From the NCBI GenBank assembly GCA_963662655.2, contig CAXXTU010000002.1:2656001-2720000 (forward strand): a DNA stretch of 64,000 nt, written 5' to 3'. The stretch's first letter is position 1. The number at the start of each line of letters is the position of its first letter. This document shows positions 28,588 to 37,464 of this stretch, piece by piece. This DNA comes from Candidatus Cloacimonadales bacterium (GTDB lineage: Bacteria; Cloacimonadota; Cloacimonadia; Cloacimonadales; JAIOQZ01). The position numbers were made by a program, and so were the translations under genes. The notes under the pieces were generated by a model. It searched no databases, had not been told where the DNA came from, and saw only the letters and a list, made by a program, of their open reading frames with translations.

Positions 28588-28610
28588 CCCGTATCCATCC
28601 ATTCAAATGG

Positions 28611-28689
28611 TGTCATCCTGAGCGTAGTCGAAGGACCATTTGAATGCAAACACACAAGCGCTGATCCTTCGACTCCGCTCAGGATGACA
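28611..28689. repeat. REP-like palindrome pair
   Basis: TGTCATCCTGAGCGTAGTCGAAGGA ... TCCTTCGACTCCGCTCAGGATGACA. Confidence 0.9.
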
Positions 28690-28717
28690 GCGCATGGGGT
28701 GAACACAAGGAGAAACC

Positions 28718-30514
28718 ATGACAATAATAGAAAAAATCCTCGCGAGCCACGCCGGTAAGAGCGTGGTAAAGCCGAACGATATCGTGGATATCGTGATCGA
28801 CGTGCGTGCCGCGCGCGACTTCGGCGGCGCCAACGTTGTGAAGAACCTGGAAAGCGCCGGCCTAACCGTCGACGATCCGGCCAAGACCTTCTTCACATTC
28901 GACTGCAATCCGACCGGTTCCGACCAGAAATATGCCGCCAATCAGCAGTATTGCAGGCTCTACGCACGCGATAACGGCATCAAGGTCTATGACATCGACG
29001 CCGGCATCGGTACCCACCTCGTGATCGAAAAAGGACTCGCCTACCCGGGCTCGACCGTTGTTTCCACCGACTCCCACGCCAACATCCTGGGCGCAGTCGG
29101 CGCTTTCGGCCAGGGCATGGGCGATCGCGACATCGCGGCTGCCTGGGCACACGGCAAGGTGTGGTTCAAGGTTCCCGCTTCGATCAAGCTCAACTTCACA
29201 GGCGAACGCCCCGATAATATCGACGCCAAGGACATCGTGCTCAACCTCCTGGCTCATTTCGGCGCTAACACGCTGCTGGGCTACTCCGTGGAACTTTACG
29301 GCGACGCCATCGACGAAATGACGCTCGACGAGCGCATCACCATCAGCTCCATGGCCACCGAGATGGGCGCGATCATCGTGCTCTTCCCGCCGAGCCAGGC
29401 AATTATCGACTACTTCAAGGAACGCACCGAAACGCCGTTCGAGCCCGTCTTTGCAGACGCGGACGCGAAGTACGACAATGAGCTAACCCTAGACATCTCA
29501 AAATTCGTTCCCATGACCTCCCGCCCGGGCCATCCGGAGGACGCGGTGAAAGTCGCGGAGGCGAAACAGGAGAAGATCGACTCCGCATTCATCGGAAGCT
29601 GCACCAACGGACGTATGGAAGACCTGCGCATCGCCGCCAACATCCTCAAAGGACGTAAAGTGGCTCCGGGCGTGGTTCTCAAGATCGTCCCGGCAACCAA
29701 CGACGTGTGGAACCAGTGCATGGAAGAGGGCATCCTGAAGATATTCAAGGACGCTGGCGCGCTGGTCGGAAACGCCGGTTGCGCGGGTTGTGCCGCGGGT
29801 CAGATCGGTCAGAACGGACCGGGCGAAGTGACCATCAGCACCGGCAACCGCAATTTCGCCGGCAAGCAGGGCAAGGGAAAGGTCTACCTGGCGTCTCCCG
29901 CCGTGGTAGCCGCCTCCGCAGTAGCCGGTTACATCACCACTCCGGACGCGATCCCGGATCAACCGGCCCTTTTCACAGCACGTGAGAAAGTGGAATCTGA
30001 AGTCGTTGCGCATGCGACAACTGAGGCGAAGCCGTCCGTGATCGAAGGGAAGGTATGGTTGATCATGAAGGACAACATCGACACCGACATGATCTACCAC
30101 AATCGCTATCTGACCATCACCGACATCGCGCAGATGGGACAGTACACCTTCGATAACCTGGAAGGTTGGGAAGACTTCGCAAAGAAAGCCGAATGCGGCG
30201 ACATCGTGATCACCGCGAAGAATTTTGGGGCGGGAAGCTCCCGTCAGCAAGCCGTGGATTGCTTCAAATCGTTGGGCGTGCAGGCCGTTTTGGCGAATTC
30301 GTTCGGAGCGATCTACGAACGCAACGCCATCAATGCCGCATTCCCGGTTCTGACATACGATTCGATCGAAGAACTCGGACTGAAAGACCGCGATCGGATC
30401 AAGGTCGATTTCGCGACGGGCGTCATGACCAACCTCGAAAACAGCAAGTCGATCCAGATCACGCCGTTCTACGATGTTCAGATGGAAATCTATCAGCGGG
30501 GCGGGCTTCTATAG
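28718..30514 (+). CDS. Single-chain aconitase-family hydro-lyase (LeuC+LeuD-like fusion), divergent
   Basis: TDSH, GSCTNGR, GCAGC, STGNRNF, YLASP; swivel domain NIDTD and NFGAGSSR. Confidence 0.88.
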   Translation: MTIIEKILASHAGKSVVKPNDIVDIVIDVRAARDFGGANVVKNLESAGLTVDDPAKTFFTFDCNPTGSDQKYAANQQYCRLYARDNGIKVYDIDAGIGTHLVIEKGLAYPGSTVVSTDSHANILGAVGAFGQGMGDRDIAAAWAHGKVWFKVPASIKLNFTGERPDNIDAKDIVLNLLAHFGANTLLGYSVELYGDAIDEMTLDERITISSMATEMGAIIVLFPPSQAIIDYFKERTETPFEPVFADADAKYDNELTLDISKFVPMTSRPGHPEDAVKVAEAKQEKIDSAFIGSCTNGRMEDLRIAANILKGRKVAPGVVLKIVPATNDVWNQCMEEGILKIFKDAGALVGNAGCAGCAAGQIGQNGPGEVTISTGNRNFAGKQGKGKVYLASPAVVAASAVAGYITTPDAIPDQPALFTAREKVESEVVAHATTEAKPSVIEGKVWLIMKDNIDTDMIYHNRYLTITDIAQMGQYTFDNLEGWEDFAKKAECGDIVITAKNFGAGSSRQQAVDCFKSLGVQAVLANSFGAIYERNAINAAFPVLTYDSIEELGLKDRDRIKVDFATGVMTNLENSKSIQITPFYDVQMEIYQRGGLL

Positions 30515-30532
30515 CCCTCACAAGGAGTCAAT

Positions 30533-32302
30533 ATGGCAACATTCATCGAGAAAATACTCGGCGCGAAGAAAGGCGCAATCGTCTTTAAAAAGCCGGATAT
30601 CGTGCTTTCCCACGATAACACGGCCAGTATCGAGAAAACCTTCCGCAAGATGGGCGGCGAACACGTCGCGGATCCCGATCAACTCCTGATCGTGCTCGAC
30701 CACAACGCGCCACCAACCAACAGCAAGCTCGCCAACGACTACCAGCGCATCCGCGACTTCGTGGGCGAAGAGGGTATCGGACGCTTCCATGACGTCGGCG
30801 ACGGCATCTGTCACCAGATCATGAGCTACTATGCACGCCCGGGCAACATCGTCGTGGGTAGCGATAGTCACACCTCTACGGCTGGCGCTTTCAACGCGCT
30901 CGCGGCCGGTATCGACCGCACCGAGACCGCCGGTATCTGGAAACAGGGCGAGACCTGGTTCCGCGTGCCCGAATCGATCAAGATCACGCTGCACAATCAG
31001 CTTCCCGAGAACGTCACCGCCAAGGATCTGGCGCTGTGGATCATCGGCATGTACGGCTCCAGCGGCGCAGACTACATGTCCATCGAGTACCACGGCGACG
31101 GCGTGAAAACGCTCTCCATCTCCGAGCGCATGACCCTTTCCAACCTCGCCTCCGAGATGGGTGCCAAGAACGCCGTGTTCCCGGCGGACGAAGTGCTCGA
31201 AGCGTTCCTCGGCGAGAAAGTCGAAGGTGTCTGGGCGGACGATCAGGCCGATTATTTCCGCGAGGTGGAAATCGACCTGGCGAAGGTCTTCCCGGTTCTG
31301 GCATGCCCACACCACGTGGACAACGTGAAGGGTATCGCGGAAGTGGCGGGTACACCGATCCAACAAGCGCTGGTCGGAACCTGCACCAACGGACGCCTCG
31401 ACGATCTCCAAACCGCGGCAGCCGTGCTCAAGGGCAAAAAGATTCCGGCAAGCGTTCAACTGCTGGTCATTCCTGCGTCCAAGGCGATCTACCTGGCAGC
31501 GATGAAAGACGGAACCATCGAGACGCTCATCGACGCAGGCGCTAACATCCTCTCACCCTCGTGCGGTCCCTGCCTGGGCACCGGCCAGGGTATTCCCGCT
31601 GACGGCATCAACGTGATCTCCACCGCGAACCGCAACTTCCTCGGCCGCATGGGCAACAAAGCCGCCAGTATCTACCTTGGCTCGCCCGTGACCGTGGCAG
31701 TCTCCGCGCTGAACGGCAAGATCACCGATCCGCGTGCTGTCTCAGGCGACGAACAGTACGCCTACAAGCAGCAGCAGAGCGCCACCACCGTTGTTTCCGA
31801 TGACGACAACCGCCGCATCGACAGCGCCTGGAACTACACCGATGTCGATAACCTCAACACCGACCAGATGTTCGCCGGAAACCTCACCTACAACATCAAC
31901 AGCTCCGAGCCGGACAAGGTCGCGCAGCACCTCTTCAAGGGCTTCGACGACAACTTCGCCGAGCGTGTGCAGCAGGGCGACATCATCCTTGCGGGTGAGA
32001 ACTTCGGTTGCGGCTCGTCGCGCGAGCATCCGTCCGTCGGACTCGCCTACGCGGGTGTAAAGGCGGTCATCGTGAAATCAGTGGCGCGTATCTTCTTCCG
32101 CTCGGCGATCAATCAGGGTCTGCCGATCATCGTGCTGCCCGAGGCTGTGGATGCATACAAGCCCGGCGACAAAGTCGATATCGACTTCGAGAAAGGATCC
32201 ATAACCATCGCAGATAAAGAGTTCGGCTTCGCGCCGCTGCCCGATAAATTGATGTCCATCATCAACATGAAGGGCCTCGTGAACTGGATCAAGAATAATT
32301 AG
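30533..32302 (+). CDS. Single-chain aconitase-family hydro-lyase, probable homoaconitase (Lys4-like)
   Basis: SHDN, LDH, GICHQ, GSDSH, GTCTNGR, SCGPCLG, NRNF, NLNTD, NFGCGSSREH. Confidence 0.85.
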   Translation: MATFIEKILGAKKGAIVFKKPDIVLSHDNTASIEKTFRKMGGEHVADPDQLLIVLDHNAPPTNSKLANDYQRIRDFVGEEGIGRFHDVGDGICHQIMSYYARPGNIVVGSDSHTSTAGAFNALAAGIDRTETAGIWKQGETWFRVPESIKITLHNQLPENVTAKDLALWIIGMYGSSGADYMSIEYHGDGVKTLSISERMTLSNLASEMGAKNAVFPADEVLEAFLGEKVEGVWADDQADYFREVEIDLAKVFPVLACPHHVDNVKGIAEVAGTPIQQALVGTCTNGRLDDLQTAAAVLKGKKIPASVQLLVIPASKAIYLAAMKDGTIETLIDAGANILSPSCGPCLGTGQGIPADGINVISTANRNFLGRMGNKAASIYLGSPVTVAVSALNGKITDPRAVSGDEQYAYKQQQSATTVVSDDDNRRIDSAWNYTDVDNLNTDQMFAGNLTYNINSSEPDKVAQHLFKGFDDNFAERVQQGDIILAGENFGCGSSREHPSVGLAYAGVKAVIVKSVARIFFRSAINQGLPIIVLPEAVDAYKPGDKVDIDFEKGSITIADKEFGFAPLPDKLMSIINMKGLVNWIKNN

Positions 32303-32323
32303 TTGGTTGTTCTCTGATAGATT

Positions 32324-32356
32324 ATCCCTCCGGTGATATCACTGGAGGGATTTTTT
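32324..32356 (+). terminator. Intrinsic terminator of the 20985-32302 cluster
   Basis: ATCCCTCCGGTGAT/ATCACTGGAGGGAT stem followed by a T run, between convergent genes. Confidence 0.8.
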
Positions 32357-33803
32357 ATTCCTTCGTCGCTATTCGTTCGAGATTTACAAGTTGGTTAAAA
32401 AAGTAATCCCAATTATAATGTCTATTTCCCGTCATTCGTAAGCTTCTATGTTTATCGACAATAGACTCAAGATCGTCTCGAGTGCCTATTCCCAACATTA
32501 TCTTTATTTTATCAAAGTATTTCTTTGATGTCGCACGTTCAAAAAGCTCAAGAACCTCAACTCTTCCCTTAAGAGCATACAGTGAATGCGGATCCCAGAT
32601 ATTTGAAGTAATATTTGTAAGCAAATCCACAACACATCGGCAATATAGAATGAAATCCGCAATAATGAAGGAGTTGAAATCGACAGGTAAAGCTCTGCAC
32701 CTTTTTTGTAGAAATTGTGTATATGGAGGGAATTTATTATTCTCTTTTATTTTTTCATTGTAATCCATAGGAGGCAGAATCCTGCAATAGAATGTGAAGG
32801 TTTTCAATGCTGAGTTCCGGTATTGAACCGGTGCCTGAATATAGAACTGCTCAGACAACATCGCCCCGACTGTTGCATATTCGTGGTATCGTATCATTAC
32901 AGCTATCGTGTATACAAACATCTCATAAGCTATGATGTCGAAGTTTGTTGCCACATGACTTCCTGGATATAAATGGCTATTTCCATTGGACATGTATCGG
33001 GTAATGTCTTCAAAAAAGCTATGGATAGCATCGATAAAAACGCTTGATTGATTATACATGGCAATGCAGTTTACTAGCTCAATGTATTCATTCCTGTTTG
33101 GAATCATCATCTCAAGCGAATGCAAAACTTTATCTACTAGGTCGGAATCCTTATCCTTAATTCGATATCTCTCAAGATTACTTACAAACAGATCGCAATA
33201 TTCCCTAAATACACCCAATACGTTGGAGTTTCCTTTTTTAATAGCATCAAGACATCGTCTATACAACGCAGTAGTTCCAAGATCAATTCTGTCTTCGTCA
33301 AGGATGTATGCTGGCGGTGTTCCTAGCTCAGGTTCTTTGTATTGTGGTTTTCCATATATCCATCGTAACAATTCCTCGAACTTCTCGGAATACTCTGCAT
33401 CAACGAAATCGATATAGATTCTTGATGTATAAAATGCAGGTACATATGGCTTTCCATTTTCATCATTCTCTGTGATTATCGCCGCAAACTTATTTTCGTC
33501 TTCTTGTTCATAGATTTTGCTTGTGATGATCTGTGATTCTATTCCGACTCCACCCTCTCGATTATCCGCCCTCTCTTGGTAAGCTTTATCGCATATCATT
33601 ATTACTTTGGATATAGTTGGATCCGTTACCATGCTTTCCATGAATTTTGTTGATTCATCGCCAATCCTAAGTCTCCATTTATCTAAAATGGCTTCAACTC
33701 CTGACTCTCTCAATTCAGTTGCAATCTTAAGTACAAATTCCATGTGCTCAGAACTCGACCAGCTATATGAGATAAATACTTTCGGAGTTTCTTTGATAGT
33801 CAT
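32355..33803 (-). CDS. SEFIR/TIR-domain protein, putative anti-phage defence
   Basis: N-terminal PKVFISYSW...ELRESGVEAILDKW, GGVGIES, YIDF, EELLRWI; AT-rich relative to flanks. Confidence 0.8.
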   Translation of the reverse strand: MTIKETPKVFISYSWSSSEHMEFVLKIATELRESGVEAILDKWRLRIGDESTKFMESMVTDPTISKVIMICDKAYQERADNREGGVGIESQIITSKIYEQEDENKFAAIITENDENGKPYVPAFYTSRIYIDFVDAEYSEKFEELLRWIYGKPQYKEPELGTPPAYILDEDRIDLGTTALYRRCLDAIKKGNSNVLGVFREYCDLFVSNLERYRIKDKDSDLVDKVLHSLEMMIPNRNEYIELVNCIAMYNQSSVFIDAIHSFFEDITRYMSNGNSHLYPGSHVATNFDIIAYEMFVYTIAVMIRYHEYATVGAMLSEQFYIQAPVQYRNSALKTFTFYCRILPPMDYNEKIKENNKFPPYTQFLQKRCRALPVDFNSFIIADFILYCRCVVDLLTNITSNIWDPHSLYALKGRVEVLELFERATSKKYFDKIKIMLGIGTRDDLESIVDKHRSLRMTGNRHYNWDYFFNQLVNLERIATKE

Positions 33804-34039
33804 GTATTTCTCCTATTTTTACATCACAGATGCTAAATTATTGAATCGTATATCTTGGCGTCAATATATTACCTTGAACTCCTTAAATTATCATATTTGA
33901 AAGTATAAACTTCTCGTATCGATTCATTCTCATTCATGTCATTGCCCCTCAGGAACTCTTCATTTTCATAGTAGATATTTATCTTGACCATTGCAATAGC
34001 GGTGTGTAACTTCTGCAAATCACATCAAAGGAGTACACT

Positions 34040-34735
34040 ATGCCACTAACCAAGCGTCTCAGTGCGGAAATGTTCGGAACTTTCTGGCTTGTCCTCGGCG
34101 GTTGCGGAAGCGCAGTGCTTGCCGCAGCGTTCCCCAATGTCGGAATCGGGCTTTTGGGCGTGTCGCTCGCATTCGGTCTCACGGTGCTGACCATGGCTTT
34201 CGCCATCGGGCATATTTCGGGGTGCCATCTTAATCCGGCGGTATCGATCGGACTGTGGGCCGGTGGTCGTTTTCCGGGTAAAGAAGTGCTTCCTTACATC
34301 ATCGCGCAGGTCATTGGCGGCGCGATCGGTGGCGGTATTCTCTATCTGATCGCCTCGGGCGCAGCCGGCTTCAGTCTGGACGGCGGATTCGCCTCGAACG
34401 GCTTCGGAGAGCATTCACCGGGCGGATATACGATGTTTTCAGCCCTTGTCTGTGAAGTCGTGATGACCATGATGTTCCTGCTGATTATCATGGGCGCAAC
34501 TGACAAACGCGCTCCGGCAGGTTTCGCTCCCATCGCGATCGGTCTCGGACTCACCCTTATCCATCTCATCAGCATCCCCGTGACCAACACCTCCGTCAAT
34601 CCCGCCCGCAGCATGGGCGTGGCCATCTACGCCGGCGGCTGGGCGATCCAGCAACTGTGGTTCTTCTGGCTGTTCCCCATTGTTGGCGGAGCGCTGGGAG
34701 GATTCCTGTATCGCTTGATCGGAAAAGAGAAATAG
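34040..34735 (+). CDS. aqpZ: Aquaporin Z
   Basis: ISGCHLNPA and TNTSVNPAR motifs; [14 protein letters not shown]. Confidence 0.97.
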   Translation: MPLTKRLSAEMFGTFWLVLGGCGSAVLAAAFPNVGIGLLGVSLAFGLTVLTMAFAIGHISGCHLNPAVSIGLWAGGRFPGKEVLPYIIAQVIGGAIGGGILYLIASGAAGFSLDGGFASNGFGEHSPGGYTMFSALVCEVVMTMMFLLIIMGATDKRAPAGFAPIAIGLGLTLIHLISIPVTNTSVNPARSMGVAIYAGGWAIQQLWFFWLFPIVGGALGGFLYRLIGKEK

Positions 34736-34753
34736 AGAGATTTGAACCAGGCC

Positions 34754-34783
34754 CCTCTCTTGGATCCAAGAGAGGTTTTTTTT
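34754..34783 (+). terminator. Intrinsic terminator
   Basis: CCTCTCTTGGATCCAAGAGAGG palindrome followed by a T8 run. Confidence 0.8.
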
Positions 34784-34798
34784 CCGAAGAGGTAGAAC

Positions 34799-35341
34799 AT
34801 GAAAATCAGAAACGCGCAATTGTCTGATATCGATCGAGTTCATCAGATTGAGAAGGAATCTTTCATCGAGAGCGTCCAGGACTCCATCGAGGTGATTGAG
34901 AAACGGTTTCGCATATATCCTGAGGGGATGTTTGTCGTCGAGCGAGACCATCTTGTTGCAGGATGCATCATAACCGCATGTATCAACGATCTGGAACTGG
35001 TAACAAGCAACGACCTGAAAAACATGGCGTTGCATGACGCCAACGGAAAGCTCCTTGTCGTATTATCGGTCATGGTGTCCAAATGCTGCCATGGTAAGGG
35101 TTATGGAACCGCCATGATGAAGCACGTGATCAAATACGCCAGATTCCACAAGAAAAGCGCTGTCGTCTTGATGTGCAGGGAGCACCTGATACCATATTAC
35201 CGGAAGCTCAACTTCAAGCTGCTGAAGAAATCCTCCTCGGATAAGGGTGGAGTTGTTTGGTTCGAGATGATCCAAAAACTGAACCACGAAGTTGTCGATG
35301 CATCCAGGAAATCACACGTAGGAATACCTCACAGGAGGTAA
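34799..35341 (+). CDS. GNAT-family acetyltransferase
   Basis: MKIRNA..., V....HGKGYGTAMM (motif A), LIPYYRKLNF. Confidence 0.85.
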   Translation: MKIRNAQLSDIDRVHQIEKESFIESVQDSIEVIEKRFRIYPEGMFVVERDHLVAGCIITACINDLELVTSNDLKNMALHDANGKLLVVLSVMVSKCCHGKGYGTAMMKHVIKYARFHKKSAVVLMCREHLIPYYRKLNFKLLKKSSSDKGGVVWFEMIQKLNHEVVDASRKSHVGIPHRR

Positions 35342-35362
35342 TGTCAGGCCAAGATTTTTTTA

Positions 35363-36709
35363 GGCACTGTTGCATATTAAGTGGGTGAATGGGTATTCAG
35401 ATATCCGCAACATTGCAGAACCTTCAATCTGAAGTATGAGAAGTCCTTGTATCCATACGCTCTCTTTATAATGGTTCGAATGACGTTGTTAACCGCTTCT
35501 GCCTTGGCATTCGTGATTCTATGCTTGAACCAGTTCAACACAATATGCAATCTCTTCATAATCGTTCTTGCAAGTGCCTTCAGTGGCTCGAAGACGGTTT
35601 TCTGAATAACTCTGCACCACTCTTCAATCATCGGCTTCGCTTCTTCTTGCGTAATATCGTCTTCGAAAATCGATAGTAAATCTTCTTTGAGCAAATAGGC
35701 TTCGTAAAGGGGATGATTTAGCGTCTCCAGTTTCTTGAGTCGGGCTTGATGGTTTTCTTTGTGATTGTGTTTTCTGGTCAAAACCAACCACCGGTCGTGT
35801 TTCTTGCTCTGACGCAACTTGTCAGATTCAAAATCTCTCTGAAGTTCTCGTCGTACTTCTTCCACTTTCCTGTTGACCAGGCGGCTGAAATGGAAACGAT
35901 CAAATACGATCATATCGGCACTCCAACACTCGGAAACAGCGCCGATATATGAACCACTGAAATCCATTGTTACGGTATCAATCCAGCGGAGTCGTCGTTC
36001 GTATTTTCGAAACAACTCCTTCGCACTTTCTTTCGATTTGCCCATTGTCAGGTCGATCACACGCCCGTCCTCATGGTTTGTGATAACCGTTGCATACTTA
36101 TGCCTTCGCTTATAACCAATCTCGTCAATTGCAATCTGATCGACATTCGGAACTCGTCCTCTATAACCCTTTTCCAACTTGGATAACTCAATTTTGTCGA
36201 TTCGATAAATCGTACTCCGATCCACACCGAATATCCGTGCTACAGAAGCATTGTCTGAACGAAGCGTGAACTGGAGAACCTTATTGCCGAAGTCTTTAGA
36301 GTGTCGATTGAGACCCTCGGCAATATCCTGTTGTTCAGTTTTCACTCCACACTGAGCGCAGTTGATCCGGCGAAGCGTCAGCACAAGTACTACGGGACGA
36401 CAGGATATGGATGCATGAAGAATTTTGCGGACTCGATGATCATAAACTGTTCCCACAATACCGCATGTAGGACAACGTGGCTCATCTTCCTTTCGAACAT
36501 GGACTTCAATGCATGGATAAGTTTGATACGTACCTTCGATTATCTGGTCGGCAGAATAACCTTGCAAAGCCAACAACGTTTTACAGACTTGTTTTCTGAG
36601 AGGATCATTCATCTCTATCTCCTTGTTGTGGTGATTAGGAGATTGTACGAGATCGGGTGATTCCTCTCAATCTTTTTTTCGACTTACCCACTAAGTTTGC
36701 AACAGTGCC
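35363..36709 (-). mobile_element. ISL3-family insertion sequence (1347 bp)
   Basis: Imperfect TIRs GGCACTGTTGCATATT and AAGTTTGCAACAGTGCC; perfect 8-bp target duplication TTTTTTTA at 35355-35362 and 36710-36717. Confidence 0.95.
35377..36612 (-). CDS. ISL3-family transposase
   Basis: CPTCG/CAQCG zinc finger, IAIDE, VTMD, DRFH, TNAKAEAVN, KRAYGY. Confidence 0.95.
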   Translation of the reverse strand: MNDPLRKQVCKTLLALQGYSADQIIEGTYQTYPCIEVHVRKEDEPRCPTCGIVGTVYDHRVRKILHASISCRPVVLVLTLRRINCAQCGVKTEQQDIAEGLNRHSKDFGNKVLQFTLRSDNASVARIFGVDRSTIYRIDKIELSKLEKGYRGRVPNVDQIAIDEIGYKRRHKYATVITNHEDGRVIDLTMGKSKESAKELFRKYERRLRWIDTVTMDFSGSYIGAVSECWSADMIVFDRFHFSRLVNRKVEEVRRELQRDFESDKLRQSKKHDRWLVLTRKHNHKENHQARLKKLETLNHPLYEAYLLKEDLLSIFEDDITQEEAKPMIEEWCRVIQKTVFEPLKALARTIMKRLHIVLNWFKHRITNAKAEAVNNVIRTIIKRAYGYKDFSYFRLKVLQCCGYLNTHSPT

Positions 36710-36977
36710 TTTTTTTATACTGGCTCACCGGGAACAATGTTTAGCGTCTCAATATTGAAGTCACAACATCAACAAGATATTTCATTCACTCGTTCAAGAC
36801 AAATATGCCTTTTGAACCAGTTATTGTCGGGAGTTTCGCTTGACACCGCAAACGTGAAATTAATTCTGGAGACTCTTGGCAAACGACACATGTAGTGCAA
36901 TGCGCGTAAATCTGATTACGGTACCAAGTCAAAGCTGGTAAGCTATATTCCAACAAAACGACAGACAGGAGTACCGT

Positions 36978-37436
36978 ATGCCTCAGACAAAACTGCAGAC
37001 ATTCTTTTTCATGGTTATCACCGTTTTGATATCCGTAATCGCGTTCACAATCTACAACACCGCCATATACGCTGAAGAAATCACCAATCGTATATTCATC
37101 AATGCGGCTCGGGAAATACCGGTCGAATTCGTATTCGCGCTGGGCATTCAAGCGTTGATCGCTTATAAGCTGGCAAGGAAGATGGCTTTTCGGTTCGTAG
37201 ACCCGGAGAAGGATAAGCCGATAATCATTATACTAGCCATAACCACGATGACCGTTTGCCTGATGTGTCCGTCCATGAGCCTGGTCGCTACGATTTTGTA
37301 CGATGGTTTTTCGCCTGAGTTTCTACTGCTTTGGCTGAAGAAGGTCACAATCAATTTCCCGTTCGCCTTCTTCACACAGATTTTCTTCATTGGTCCGTTT
37401 GTGAGATACTTGTTCAGAAATGTTTTTCGTACTTAA
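36978..37436 (+). CDS. Membrane protein, DUF2798-like
   Basis: Four TM helices; MCPSMS and NFPFAFFTQIFFIGPFVR motifs. Confidence 0.65.
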   Translation: MPQTKLQTFFFMVITVLISVIAFTIYNTAIYAEEITNRIFINAAREIPVEFVFALGIQALIAYKLARKMAFRFVDPEKDKPIIIILAITTMTVCLMCPSMSLVATILYDGFSPEFLLLWLKKVTINFPFAFFTQIFFIGPFVRYLFRNVFRT

Positions 37437-37464
37437 AAAAGGATGGAGGAATCAGCGTAATCAG

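Noticed and set aside
26747..32302. Ordinary leucine operon (leuB, leuC, leuD)
   Set aside because: There are no leuA or ilv genes, both dehydratases are single-chain, the dehydrogenase lacks the LeuB signature, and the context is saccharopine and cit genes. Not excluded biochemically.
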